This document shows positions 53,441 to 62,900 of a DNA stretch of 64,000 nt, piece by piece (position 1 is the first letter of the stretch; every line of letters starts with the position of its first letter). Origin of the DNA: an uncultured delta proteobacterium (GTDB lineage: Bacteria > Myxococcota_A > Polyangia > Polyangiales > Polyangiaceae); assembly GCA_963782055.1 (NCBI GenBank), contig CAWAIF010000003.1:6048001-6112000 (forward strand), written 5' to 3'. Under the pieces are notes generated by a model. The model was not told the origin of the DNA. It saw only the letters and a program-made list of their open reading frames with translations, and ran no database searches. The position numbers were made by a program, and so were the translations under genes.

Positions 53441-56026
53441 CTACTTCCGCGCCTCGAAGTGGAAGGCCCGCGGCTTCATCGCCTTCGCCATCACGAACAG
53501 GCGCGTCTCGGGATCGCGCGCCACCGGCGGCGCCCCCGTGCCCGCCCGGCGCACCGGGGCCGTCGACGAGACGCCGCGGTCGAGGAGCACCGCGCGCGTG
53601 CACCTGGCGTGCGCCAGCGCCTCGCCGAGCGGCGCCGGCGAGAGCGTGTCGCCGCGCGCCACCATCACCCGACCGTCCGGCGCGATGCCCAGCACCGCGT
53701 GCGGCTGGGCGCCGTCCGCCTTGCGGAGGAAGGACAGCCTGGCGTCGGTCGTGAGCTGGCCTCCATCCAGCACCAGCGGCAGCTCCACCGCGTCGACACC
53801 CGGCCCGGCCTCCAGCGCCTCGGCGCCCGTCAGGATGGCGAGCCGCCCGCCCCGATGCACGACGAGCACGCCCATCCCCGCGCCTCGCCGCACCGGGAAG
53901 ACGTTCTTGCCGGAGATGATGAGGCCGCGCGGGCGGTCGTCGCGAGCCACGCCCATCCCCACCGTCATCACCACCTTGGCCTCGTCGCCCGCGTCAATCT
54001 CGTGCGGCGGCGCGCTGCCGGTGCCCGCGTCCGGCTCCGCCGTGCCCGCCGCGACGGCGAAGGTGGCGCGCCCGCTGACGACGCTGACGACCGAGACCGC
54101 CGCCCCATGCTCGGTGACGCCGGCCTGCCAGAGCCCGGGGCTCCACGCCGGCGGCGGCTGCGTCCCCGCGTCCGGCTCCCACGCGACGCCGTCCAGCGGC
54201 GCGGGCGTGGGGTCGCGCATGAGCATGTAGAAGAAGTCCTTCGGCGCGTACTCGATGTAGCGGTCCGTCGACACCCCCATGAGCGGGGTGAGCAGCTCGG
54301 AGTGGTAGTCGTGCGTCTTGAGGTCGTGGATCGTGGTGAAGATGAAGCCCGTGTGGTGCGGGTTCATGTCCAGGTGGATGGCGTAGTCGCAGCCCGCCGC
54401 CAGCAGCGCCTTGCCGAGCGAGGTGGCGTTGGTGTCGTCGCCCCACCCGTACATCATGTGGCCGGCGCGCGTGACGCACATGGCGCTGCGCTCGGTCTCC
54501 ATCGTGGTGCCGGGGAGGGTGTAGCCCCAGAGCAGGCGCTTGGTCGGGTTGACCTTCCCACCGTCGACGAGCGGGTCCAGGTTCTGCCGGAAGGAGTCGA
54601 TGTCGGCGTCGGGGATCCCGAGCAGCCCGCCGATGTCGGTCGTGTTGCCCCAGGTGCCGAAGCCGGCGCGCCCGTCGGCGAGCACCACGACGGTGGCGGC
54701 GCTGGGTTGCGGGGGCAGCAGCACGCGCTTGTGCACCATCATCCCGTAGTTGCCGTGCTCCGTCTTGAAGGCGCCGTTGAACGCCGCGACGACGCGGGTG
54801 AGCACCGCCGGGTCGCGCGGGAGGCGCCCGGGGCCCGCCGCGCCGGTGAGCGGCTTGGGGTCCTCCGTGCCCGCCTCCATCTGCAGGTCGAGCTGCCGCA
54901 TGTCCATCGCGACCAGGATGATGTGCGTGTACGGCCGCGCCTCGTCCGGCCGCACGAAGGTCTGGTAGAAGGCCGGCGGCGGCTTCCCGCCCGCCGGCGC
55001 GGGGAAGCGCTTCATCCACGCGGGCTGGAAGGGCTTCCACTGGCCCTCCCCGGGCTCCGCGGTCTTCCAGATGGAGGGGATGTCGGCGGGCGGCCAGGCG
55101 CTGTCGTCGGAGAGGTTGGCGGTGTCGAGCACCTTCGGCGGGACGGCGGCGAGGGTGTCGGTGTCCGTCGGCCCGTGGAGCTTGAAGGCGGTCTGCTTGA
55201 GGGTGTCGCGCGCGGCGAACACCTTCTCCTCCAGCCAGGCGATGGGGGCGGGGCCGGTCACCGCGCGCACCGTGTCCACCGCCCAGAAGATGAAGCGCTT
55301 GGGCAGGTGGCGCGCGGGCTGGGCGTGGACGCCGTGGACCGGCGCGGCGAGATCTCCGTGCACCAGGTCGAGCGCGGCGTGGCGCGTGCCCACCCTGTCT
55401 CCCAGGTCGATGGCGAGCGCGCTGTCCCCCAGGGTGAGGCCCAGGCGCTCCGGGGGCTGCTCGAAGGACACGTCGATGCGCCCGACGCCCACGCCGCTGC
55501 CGGTCTGCTGCAGGTTGGTGACGTACGCCGTCGCACGGTCGAGGGGCTTGATCGCGGTGTTCTGCGCGCCCTCGCCGCCGAGGTAGAGCGCGGTCACGCT
55601 CTGCTCCTGCCCGTAGGCGTAGGTCGCGAAGGCGGCGCGATCGCCGCGCACCACCAGCGCGTGATCGTCCCCGAGCGGCGTGTCGGTCAGGTCGTGCGCG
55701 CCGCCCAGGGCGACGGGGTGGCCCTCCGGCGAGACGCGCACGCGCACGCGCCACACGTCCCGCGGACCGCCGGGCGTGGCGCTGGAGAGCACCAGCGCCC
55801 AGCGCCCGAGCACGTAGTCGGAGAGCTCGCCGCCGGACGGCTCCCAGCGGACGTCCTGCGGCGCCACGTGACCGGAGGTCGCCTCGCCCATCGCGTCGGC
55901 GAGCGACTGGATGCTGTTGCCCGGCGCGCCGCCGCGCGCGAGCGCGACGGCGACCGCCGCTCCGGCGCCGAGCAAGGCGACCCGGGCGTGCAAGGCCACG
56001 TACGTTTGCAGGGAGATCTCGGCCAC
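53441..56026 (-). CDS. large membrane-anchored protein with phosphodiester-glycosidase (NAGPA)-like domains
   Basis: N-terminal hydrophobic segment; AAFNGAF..GMM, ERSA.C, AGCDYAIHLDMN; second degenerate copy AVLGIAPDGRV..CTRAVLLD. Start uncertain (55999 or 56026). Confidence 0.65.
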   Translation of the reverse strand: MAEISLQTYVALHARVALLGAGAAVAVALARGGAPGNSIQSLADAMGEATSGHVAPQDVRWEPSGGELSDYVLGRWALVLSSATPGGPRDVWRVRVRVSPEGHPVALGGAHDLTDTPLGDDHALVVRGDRAAFATYAYGQEQSVTALYLGGEGAQNTAIKPLDRATAYVTNLQQTGSGVGVGRIDVSFEQPPERLGLTLGDSALAIDLGDRVGTRHAALDLVHGDLAAPVHGVHAQPARHLPKRFIFWAVDTVRAVTGPAPIAWLEEKVFAARDTLKQTAFKLHGPTDTDTLAAVPPKVLDTANLSDDSAWPPADIPSIWKTAEPGEGQWKPFQPAWMKRFPAPAGGKPPPAFYQTFVRPDEARPYTHIILVAMDMRQLDLQMEAGTEDPKPLTGAAGPGRLPRDPAVLTRVVAAFNGAFKTEHGNYGMMVHKRVLLPPQPSAATVVVLADGRAGFGTWGNTTDIGGLLGIPDADIDSFRQNLDPLVDGGKVNPTKRLLWGYTLPGTTMETERSAMCVTRAGHMMYGWGDDTNATSLGKALLAAGCDYAIHLDMNPHHTGFIFTTIHDLKTHDYHSELLTPLMGVSTDRYIEYAPKDFFYMLMRDPTPAPLDGVAWEPDAGTQPPPAWSPGLWQAGVTEHGAAVSVVSVVSGRATFAVAAGTAEPDAGTGSAPPHEIDAGDEAKVVMTVGMGVARDDRPRGLIISGKNVFPVRRGAGMGVLVVHRGGRLAILTGAEALEAGPGVDAVELPLVLDGGQLTTDARLSFLRKADGAQPHAVLGIAPDGRVMVARGDTLSPAPLGEALAHARCTRAVLLDRGVSSTAPVRRAGTGAPPVARDPETRLFVMAKAMKPRAFHFEARK

Positions 56027-56149
56027 GGTGTCACGTCGAACGCGCCGCGGGGGCGCTTGCATCCCCGAGTAAGCGCGCGAGGCCGGGCCGTCAACATTAC
56101 GGCGCCCCCGAACTTGGCCCGCGCGGCGAGGGCTTCGTAAGAACGGCTC

Positions 56150-57064
56150 ATGCGTACGGCGCGCCTGGCGCTGGTCGTCGCGACCAGCTTGCTCGCAACG
56201 GGGTGCATCGAGTCGATGCTCACCAACGGCACCATCGCCTCCACCCGCGAGGCCTCCGACGTGCTCGACCAGATGGGCGACTTCGAGCTGGCGAAGAGCG
56301 CGGTGCAGGCGGGCAACGTGCAGAGCGAGGGCTTCCACAAGCTCGCGCCGGACAACGAGGACGCCCTCTTCATGCTGGTGCAGGGCTGGGCGGGCTACGC
56401 GTGGGGCTTCTGCGAGGACGACATGGAGGTCGCCCAGGACGCCGGCAACGACGCGCTCGCGGAGTACCACCAGAAGCGCGCGAAGATGGCATACGACCGC
56501 GCGGTCTTCTACGGGCTGGAGCTCATCGGCCACAAGGACGGCGGCTTCAAGGACGCGAGCAAGAGCGAACCCAAGCTGCAGGCGTGGCTGAAGGACCACT
56601 TCGACAGCGAGGCCGACGCGCAGAACCTCTTCTGGCTCGGCTACGCGTGGATGTCGCGCGTCAACCTGCTGCAGGACGACCCGGCGATGGTCGCCAACCT
56701 GTACATCGGCGTGGACTTCATGGAGCGCTCGATGGAGCTCGACCCCGACTACTACGGGTCGAGCGCGATGGTGGCGATGGCGGCGTACCACGGCCGCGCG
56801 GCGAACGCGGAGGTGGCGGAGGCGCGCAAGCTCTTCGACCAGGCGCTCGCCAAGACGCACCGCAAGGCGCTCACCGTGCAGCTCACCGAGGCGCAGTTCG
56901 CGTGCACCATCGGCGACAAGAAGCTCTACGAGAGCCTGCTGCGCGAGATCCTCGCCGCCGACGACCCCGACCCGGCGCAGCGGCTGAACAACATGCTCGC
57001 GAAGCGACGGGCGGCGCGGTACCTCGACCCGAAGCGGGAGATGGACTGCGGCTTCCTCGAGTAG
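56150..57064 (+). CDS. TRAP transporter T-component (TatT-like) lipoprotein
   Basis: Lipobox LATGC, DFELAKSA, EG...L.PDN, LFW.G.AW, ELDPDYY. Confidence 0.75.
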   Translation: MRTARLALVVATSLLATGCIESMLTNGTIASTREASDVLDQMGDFELAKSAVQAGNVQSEGFHKLAPDNEDALFMLVQGWAGYAWGFCEDDMEVAQDAGNDALAEYHQKRAKMAYDRAVFYGLELIGHKDGGFKDASKSEPKLQAWLKDHFDSEADAQNLFWLGYAWMSRVNLLQDDPAMVANLYIGVDFMERSMELDPDYYGSSAMVAMAAYHGRAANAEVAEARKLFDQALAKTHRKALTVQLTEAQFACTIGDKKLYESLLREILAADDPDPAQRLNNMLAKRRAARYLDPKREMDCGFLE

Positions 57065-57080
57065 CGCGCGCCCCGGGCGA

Positions 57081-57674
57081 TCAGCCGCGCTTCGTCTTGC
57101 GTCCTCTCGGCGGGTGGAGCGTCTCCCCCTTCGCGCACATCGTGACGAAGCGGGCGATACGCTCGGCGCGCGTCTCCGGCTTCTTCGCGCTCTGCACCCG
57201 GTAGAGGATGGCGTAGCGGTTGGCGCGGTCCAGCTCCTCGAAGAAGGCGCGCGCCTTCGCGTTGCGCGCGAGCGCGGCGGCGAGATCGTCGGGCACGGCG
57301 GCGCTCCTCGAGCCGTCGTACGCCCGGTCCCACCGACCGTCGCTGCGCGCGCGCTCCACCTCCGCCACGCCCGGCGCCGCCATCTTGCCCGCGGCGAGCA
57401 GCGCCTCCGCCCGGGCGCGGTTGATCTTCGACCACGGGCTCTTCGCCGTGCGCGGCGTGAAGCGCTGCAGCCACGCGGTCGCGTCGAGCGCGCGCTTCTG
57501 GCTGTCAATCCAGCCCCACGCGAGCGCCGCGTCGAGCGCCTGGGCGTAGGTGATCCCCTTCGCGCCAGGCCCCTTCGGGATGCGCAGGAGCACGCCGCCC
57601 CGCTCGGTGTGATGTGCCGCCAGCCAGGCGTACCACTCCGCGGCACGCCCGAACGTCAGGATGGTCTCCGCCAT
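57081..57674 (-). CDS. YdeI/OmpD-associated (bacteriocin-protection) family
   Basis: W.AWL..HH, AL.WGWIDS, RFTPR..SPWSKIN, VPDDL..AL, AKKPETR..RI. Confidence 0.9.
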   Translation of the reverse strand: MAETILTFGRAAEWYAWLAAHHTERGGVLLRIPKGPGAKGITYAQALDAALAWGWIDSQKRALDATAWLQRFTPRTAKSPWSKINRARAEALLAAGKMAAPGVAEVERARSDGRWDRAYDGSRSAAVPDDLAAALARNAKARAFFEELDRANRYAILYRVQSAKKPETRAERIARFVTMCAKGETLHPPRGRKTKRG

Positions 57675-57730
57675 GGGCTCACCTCCTGGCACCGGCGCGC
57701 CCGGGCGTCTTGCAAAATCCCGTCACGACG

Positions 57731-58897
57731 TCACGTGCCGGCGCGATCGACCCGCTCCGCCACCCGCCGGATCCCCTCGGCGAAGCGGTCCTCGGGCGTC
57801 AGCAGGCTCACCACGACGAACGCCTCCTGCGCGAAGTCGAAGAAGGCGCCGGGGTGGACGTAGACACCGCCCTCGAGCAGGGCGAGCGCCCACGCCTCCT
57901 CCGGTCGCGTGAGCGGGAGGCGCAGCGTGGCGTACCAGCCGCCCTCCGCCGACAGCAAGGTGACGGCCGTCCCGGCGAGCAGCTGCCGCGCCGCCTCCAG
58001 GTTGGCGCGCGTCCGCGCGCGGATGGCCCCCGCCGCGCGCTCCCGGGTCGCGAGCAGCGCGGGGAGCGCCGCCTGCACCGGCGCGCCCACGGAGAGGTAC
58101 GCGTCGGCAATCCACTCCAGCCGCCGCAGCGCCTCCGCTGCCTCCCCCGGCGGGCCGGCGACCACCGTCCATCCCAGCTTCATCTGCGGCAGGGCGGCGA
58201 GCTTGGACAGCCCACCCAGCGCGAACACCAGGGAGTCGTCACCCTCCCGCGCGACGCTGGTGACGCGGCGCTCGTCGCCGCCCGCCGCCGCGTCGGAGAG
58301 CGGGTAGGACGCGAAGACCTCGTCGCACACCAGCGGCAGGCCGAGCGACCGCATCGCCGCGAGCTCGCCCGCCTTGAGGAAGGAGCCGGTGGGGTTGTTG
58401 GGGCTCACCGCCAGCACCGCGCGCGTGCGCGCCGTTCGCGCGCGGCGCAGCGAGTCGGTGTCGACGTGCCACGCGCCATCGTAGCGGAGACGGTACGGCG
58501 ACAGGCGCACGCCGTTGAGCACGGCGAGCTGGCCGAAGAGCGGGTAGCTCGGCGCGGGGACGAGCACCTCGTCGCCGGGGTCGCAGAGCAGGGTGAAGAG
58601 GAAGGCGTAGGCCTCGCTGGTGCTGGCGGTGAGCACGACGCGCGAGGCGTCCGCCCCCACCTCCCGCGCCACCGCCTCCCGCGCCGCGTGCGTGCCGAAC
58701 GCCGCCGGCTCGTAGACGAGGGCGCCGGGCGACGCGAGGGCGGAGGCGACGGCGGCTCCGTCGTAGGGGATGCCCGCGGTCGTCGGGTTGGAGACGGTGA
58801 GGTCGAGCACCTCGAGGCCCGCGGCGCGCCGCGCGGCGAGCGCCCTCGCCAGCGCGTTCGGCTCCGGGTCGTGCGCGCTGCGCGCCGAGAAGCTCAA
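57731..58897 (-). CDS. PLP-dependent aminotransferase class I/II
   Basis: TTG start overlaps the upstream TGA; DLTVSNPT, TASTSEAY, PAPSYP, SPNNPTG, DEVF, GGLSK..K.GW. Confidence 0.9.
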   Translation of the reverse strand: MSFSARSAHDPEPNALARALAARRAAGLEVLDLTVSNPTTAGIPYDGAAVASALASPGALVYEPAAFGTHAAREAVAREVGADASRVVLTASTSEAYAFLFTLLCDPGDEVLVPAPSYPLFGQLAVLNGVRLSPYRLRYDGAWHVDTDSLRRARTARTRAVLAVSPNNPTGSFLKAGELAAMRSLGLPLVCDEVFASYPLSDAAAGGDERRVTSVAREGDDSLVFALGGLSKLAALPQMKLGWTVVAGPPGEAAEALRRLEWIADAYLSVGAPVQAALPALLATRERAAGAIRARTRANLEAARQLLAGTAVTLLSAEGGWYATLRLPLTRPEEAWALALLEGGVYVHPGAFFDFAQEAFVVVSLLTPEDRFAEGIRRVAERVDRAGT

Positions 58898-59334
58898 GGC
58901 GACGACCGCACCAGGCGCTCCCCGTCGACGGTCATCACCCACTCCGAGCCGTCCAGGTGAGGCGGGTCGGTGACCTTCAGGCGCTTCTCGTGGACGAGGA
59001 GGTTGATCACGATGTCGTCGCCGGCGAAGCCGAGGAGCGCGCCCTTGTAGGACTCCTTGGCGCCGCCCTTCGCGTGGGTGTAGTCGATGCTGCCGCGCCG
59101 GATGACGAGCGTCGTGTGCGGGCCGGTCCACTCGCCGACGTAGTCCATCTTGCCCGGGGGGATGGACGCGTCGGCCATCGCCGCGGCGTGGGAGGCCGCC
59201 GCGCGCGCCCCCGACTGCAGCGCGCGGATCCCGCGGTAGGCGACGTAGAAGAGGACGACGCCGCTCAGCACGAGCGTCGCGGCCATGATGGCCATCACCG
59301 CGTAGAGCTTGTTGTTGGGGGCCCTCTGCGGCAT
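58894..59334 (-). CDS. hypothetical single-pass membrane protein
   Basis: N-terminal TM segment, DYVGEWTG; co-oriented and closely packed in the operon. Confidence 0.7.
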   Translation of the reverse strand: MPQRAPNNKLYAVMAIMAATLVLSGVVLFYVAYRGIRALQSGARAAASHAAAMADASIPPGKMDYVGEWTGPHTTLVIRRGSIDYTHAKGGAKESYKGALLGFAGDDIVINLLVHEKRLKVTDPPHLDGSEWVMTVDGERLVRSSP

Positions 59335-59337
59335 CGG

Positions 59338-60324
59338 CTAGCGGCCGTGCCTCGCCGCCTCGTCGTAGACGGCGGGACTGAAGGTGGTCCCGCGGAGCCG
59401 CGCGCGCGTGTCGGCGAAGAGCTTGTTCCACTGCGCGACCTCCGCCGCGTTGGGCGTGTACGCGGTCATCCGCTGGCGGCGCCGCGCGAAGGCGGCGTCG
59501 TCTTCCCGCCGGATGCTCGTCGTCAGCGCGCGCGCGGCGACGCGCCCCGTGTCCATCACCGCGGACTGCGCGTCCGGCGGGAGGGAGCGCATGCGCCCGA
59601 GCGACATGAAGAGCGCGCCGATCTCGAAGTGGGTGGGGAGGGTGTCGATGTGGTCCAGTCGGGCCGCCCACTGGAGCTGCTCGGCGACGAGCGGCGGCAC
59701 GTTGATGACGTTGACCTGTCCGGCGGTGAGCGCGGAGAGGACCTCTGTCTCGCTCATCGCCTGAGGCGTGATGTCGCCCAGCACCGAGTAAAAGACGGGG
59801 TCGACGGGGTCGCCCGGGATGAAGAAGGTCTTCCGGTGCTTCACGTCGGCGGGCGATCGCACCGGGTAGCCCCCCGACATGAAGCGGCCGGTGCCGATGT
59901 CGCCCCAGCCGACAATCTTGAAGCCTGCCTTCTCGAAGCCGGCGTCCATCGTCGGCTGGAGCGCCTGGCGCGCCTCGTCCAGCTTGGCCCACGAGGGGAA
60001 GAGGCCGGGGAGCTGGAAGACGAGGCACTGCTTGTAGACCTGACCGAGGCCGATGGCCGTGACGGCGGCGCCGTCGAGCTGGCCAGTGCGCATCTTGGCG
60101 ACCATCGCCGCCTCGTCGCCCTGCGTCGCGTTCCAGAAGAACTGGATGCGCACCGCGCCGTGGGAGCGCTCGGCGGTGGCGCGCGCCCACACCTTGAACA
60201 CCTTGCCCCACGGCGACGCCGGCGGCGCGACGGTCCCGAACTTGAGGACCACGCCATCGGCGCGGGCGGCCCGCGCGGGCACGAGGAGGCAGAGCAGCGC
60301 GAGGAGGGGGAGGAGCTTCCTCAT
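59338..60324 (-). CDS. dctP: TRAP substrate-binding protein (DctP/TatP family)
   Basis: Signal peptide, LKFGTVAP..SPW, GDE..MV.KMR.GQLDG, LPGLF. Confidence 0.85.
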   Translation of the reverse strand: MRKLLPLLALLCLLVPARAARADGVVLKFGTVAPPASPWGKVFKVWARATAERSHGAVRIQFFWNATQGDEAAMVAKMRTGQLDGAAVTAIGLGQVYKQCLVFQLPGLFPSWAKLDEARQALQPTMDAGFEKAGFKIVGWGDIGTGRFMSGGYPVRSPADVKHRKTFFIPGDPVDPVFYSVLGDITPQAMSETEVLSALTAGQVNVINVPPLVAEQLQWAARLDHIDTLPTHFEIGALFMSLGRMRSLPPDAQSAVMDTGRVAARALTTSIRREDDAAFARRRQRMTAYTPNAAEVAQWNKLFADTRARLRGTTFSPAVYDEAARHGR

Positions 60325-60395
60325 GGCGCGGCCGAGCTTACACCTCGAGCGCGACGAAGCCGAGCGTCGCGCCGCGTGCTACGGTGCGCGGCCGC

Positions 60396-61329
60396 ATGGA
60401 CCTGAAGGAGCTCATCGTCACGCCGGAGCTGGATGGCGTGCGCCTGGACAAGGCGGCCGCGGCGCTCGCCACCGGCCTGTCGCGCGCGCGGCTCAAGAAG
60501 GCCATCGACGATGGCCTGGTGCGCGTCAACGGCCGGCGGCTGCCCAAGGGCGCGCTGGTCACCAAGGGCGACGTGCTCTCCATCGACACCGCCGGCATCC
60601 CCGACCCGGACGCCCCGGCGGTCGCGACGCCCGACGCCCCGCTCGAGGTGCGCTTCGAGAGCCCGGAGGTCCTGGTGGTGGACAAGCCGGCGGGCCAGCC
60701 CACCGCGCCGCTCCGTCCCGGGGAGACGGGCACCCTCGCCAACGCGCTGCTCGGTCGCTACCCCGAGCTGCTCGGCGTCGGCTACGGCCCGCGCGAGCCG
60801 GGCATCGTGCACCGCCTGGACACCGACACCTCCGGCCTGGTGATCGTCGCGCGCAGCAAGGCGGCGTTCGAGGCGCTGCGCGCCGCCCTGCAGGAGGGGC
60901 GCGTGGAGAAGGCGTACCTGCTCGTGTGCGAGGGCAAGGACCTGCCCGACGAGGGCACCATCGCCTTCCCCATCGCCAACCACCCGAAGGACCAGCGCCG
61001 CGTGCAGGCGTGCGTGCACCCGCGCGACGTGATGCGGCTGCACCCGCGCCCGGCGTCGACGCGGTACCGCGTCGTGCGGCGGAGCGGGAAGTGGGCGCTC
61101 GTGGAGGCGCGCATCGAGAAGGCGCTGCGCCACCAGAATCCGCGTGCACTTCGGCGCGATCGAGCACCCGCTCGCGGGGGACAAGCTGTACGGCGGCGTG
61201 CCGGTGCGGGACCTGGAGCGCCACGCGCTGCACGCGTCGCTCGTCGCGTTCGCCGGGGCCGAGGGCGTGCCGGCGTTCCGCGTGGAGTCGAGCCTGCCGG
61301 CGGAGCTCGAGACGCTGCTGGCCAGCTAG
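60396..61329 (+). CDS. rluD: RluA/RluD pseudouridine synthase with S4 domain (one +1 frameshift at 61137-61138)
   Basis: RLDK..SR..G.V.VNG, VVDKPAG, GIVHRLD.DTSG. Deleting one A restores HQIRVH..HPLAGD.LYG..LHA (310 aa). Confidence 0.88.
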
Positions 61330-61334
61330 TTGCG

Positions 61335-61757
61335 TCAGCCGGCGGCGACCTTCGTCAGGAGGCGCAGCAGGTCGCGGCGCTCTCGGGCGGTGAGCGAGGG
61401 GAAGCCGCTCGCCTCGAAGCCCAGAAGCGCGCGCACGACGGCCTTGCGGCGACGCGCGTCGAAGGGCGCGGGCTCGATGCGAAACGCCCGCTTGTCGGCC
61501 CCGTCGCGGGTGCGACGCACCAGGCCCGCCTTCTGCATGCGGTCGATCGCCCCGGTGAGGGTGCCGCTACTCAGCACGAGCGCGCGCTGCAGCTCCCCCA
61601 CCTTCATCGGTCCCTCGAACCACAGGAGCACGAGGATGTGCGCCTGCTCGGCGGAGAGGCCGAAGGGGCGCAGCAGGTTGTTGCAGTCGCGGTTCACCCG
61701 GCGGAACGCGCGGACGAGCGCGTAACCGAGGGACCCCGCGAGGCGATCGTCTTGCAT
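61335..61757 (-). CDS. MarR family regulator
   Basis: GLSAEQAHIL..GEL..LSSGTLTGAIDRM.K.GLVRR..DKR. Confidence 0.9.
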   Translation of the reverse strand: MQDDRLAGSLGYALVRAFRRVNRDCNNLLRPFGLSAEQAHILVLLWFEGPMKVGELQRALVLSSGTLTGAIDRMQKAGLVRRTRDGADKRAFRIEPAPFDARRRKAVVRALLGFEASGFPSLTARERRDLLRLLTKVAAG

Positions 61758-61758
61758 G

Positions 61759-61782
61759 CGAGATAATTACCTCGTATACGAG
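61759..61782. promoter_or_regulatory. two overlapping palindromes, candidate MarR operators
   Basis: CGAG-A-TAATTA-C-CTCG (61759-61774) and perfect CTCGTATACGAG (61771-61782) in a 36-bp divergent gap. Confidence 0.65.
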
Positions 61783-61793
61783 ATGACTGCACC

Positions 61794-62900
61794 ATGGATC
61801 GACTTCGCCTCCTCCTGGATCGGCTGGTGCTGCGGAGCAAGGACCCGCCCGCCGGCGGCGAGGTCGGGGAGGTACCCGCCGACCGCTACACCTCGCCGGA
61901 GCGCTTCGCCGGGGAGCTGCGCGTGCTCGGACGGACGCCGTCGCCCGTCGCGGTGGAGGCGGAGCTCGCCGTGCCGGGCGCGTGCGTGGCGGTGGAAGTC
62001 GGCGGCGTGCCGCTGATCGTCGCGCGCGGTGACGACGGCGTCTTCCGCGCCTTTCGCAACGCATGCCGCCACCGGTCGACGGAGCTCCTGGCGCAGGGCG
62101 CGCCCTGCACGAAGAAGGCGTTCGTCTGCCCGTACCACGGGTGGACCTACGACCTGCGTGGGCGCCGCATCCACCTCCCGCACCCCAAGGCCTTCGGCGC
62201 GATGGCCGACCCGCGCGATGGCCTGGTGCCGGCGCACGCCGAGGTCCGCCACGGCCTGGTGTGGGCGGCGCTCGCGCCCTTCGACCTGGACGCGCACGCC
62301 GCGCCCATCGCCGGCGACCTGGACGCGCTGGGGATGGATCGTCTCGCGCTCTACCGGCGCGCCACGCGCGAGGTGCGCGGCAACTGGAAGCTGATCGTCG
62401 ACGCCTTCCTGGACGGCTACCACATCCGCCACCTGCACCGCGACTCCATCTACCGCTTCTTCGTCGACGCCCTGGTCGAGGCCGAGCAGGCGGGGCCGCA
62501 CGTGCGCGCGCTCACCGCGCGGCGCGAGCTCCTGCAGGCGAAGGACCTGGCGGGCGCCGACGTGCGCGAGGTGGCGACGCCGAGCTACGTCGTCTTCCCG
62601 AGCACCGTCCTGGTCGCACACCCGGACTTCGTGAGCGTGCTCACCTGCACCCCGCGCGCCGCCGACCGCACCCTCTTCTCCCACGCGATGCTCGTGCCGG
62701 CGGAGCGCCGCGGCGAGGAAGCGCACTGGGCGAAGAGCTTCGCGCTCATCGACGAGACCGTCTTCGGCCGCGAGGACCTGGCGACGGTGGAGGCGATCCA
62801 GCGCGGCCTCGCCGCCGGCGCGTCGGAGACTCTCCTCTTCGGCGAGCTGGAGCAGGCGTCGCTCTGGTTTCACCGCACGCTGGACGCGGCGGTGGGCTAG
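61794..62900 (+). CDS. Rieske non-heme iron oxygenase alpha subunit
   Basis: Rieske NACRHR..CPYHGW; mononuclear site NWK..D.FLDGYH...LH; ED...E.IQRG. Confidence 0.92.
   Translation: MDRLRLLLDRLVLRSKDPPAGGEVGEVPADRYTSPERFAGELRVLGRTPSPVAVEAELAVPGACVAVEVGGVPLIVARGDDGVFRAFRNACRHRSTELLAQGAPCTKKAFVCPYHGWTYDLRGRRIHLPHPKAFGAMADPRDGLVPAHAEVRHGLVWAALAPFDLDAHAAPIAGDLDALGMDRLALYRRATREVRGNWKLIVDAFLDGYHIRHLHRDSIYRFFVDALVEAEQAGPHVRALTARRELLQAKDLAGADVREVATPSYVVFPSTVLVAHPDFVSVLTCTPRAADRTLFSHAMLVPAERRGEEAHWAKSFALIDETVFGREDLATVEAIQRGLAAGASETLLFGELEQASLWFHRTLDAAVG

Noticed and set aside
53441..57646. 1401-aa ORF
   Set aside because: The 5' part overlaps the TatT-like and YdeI genes; coding signal starts only near 56026.
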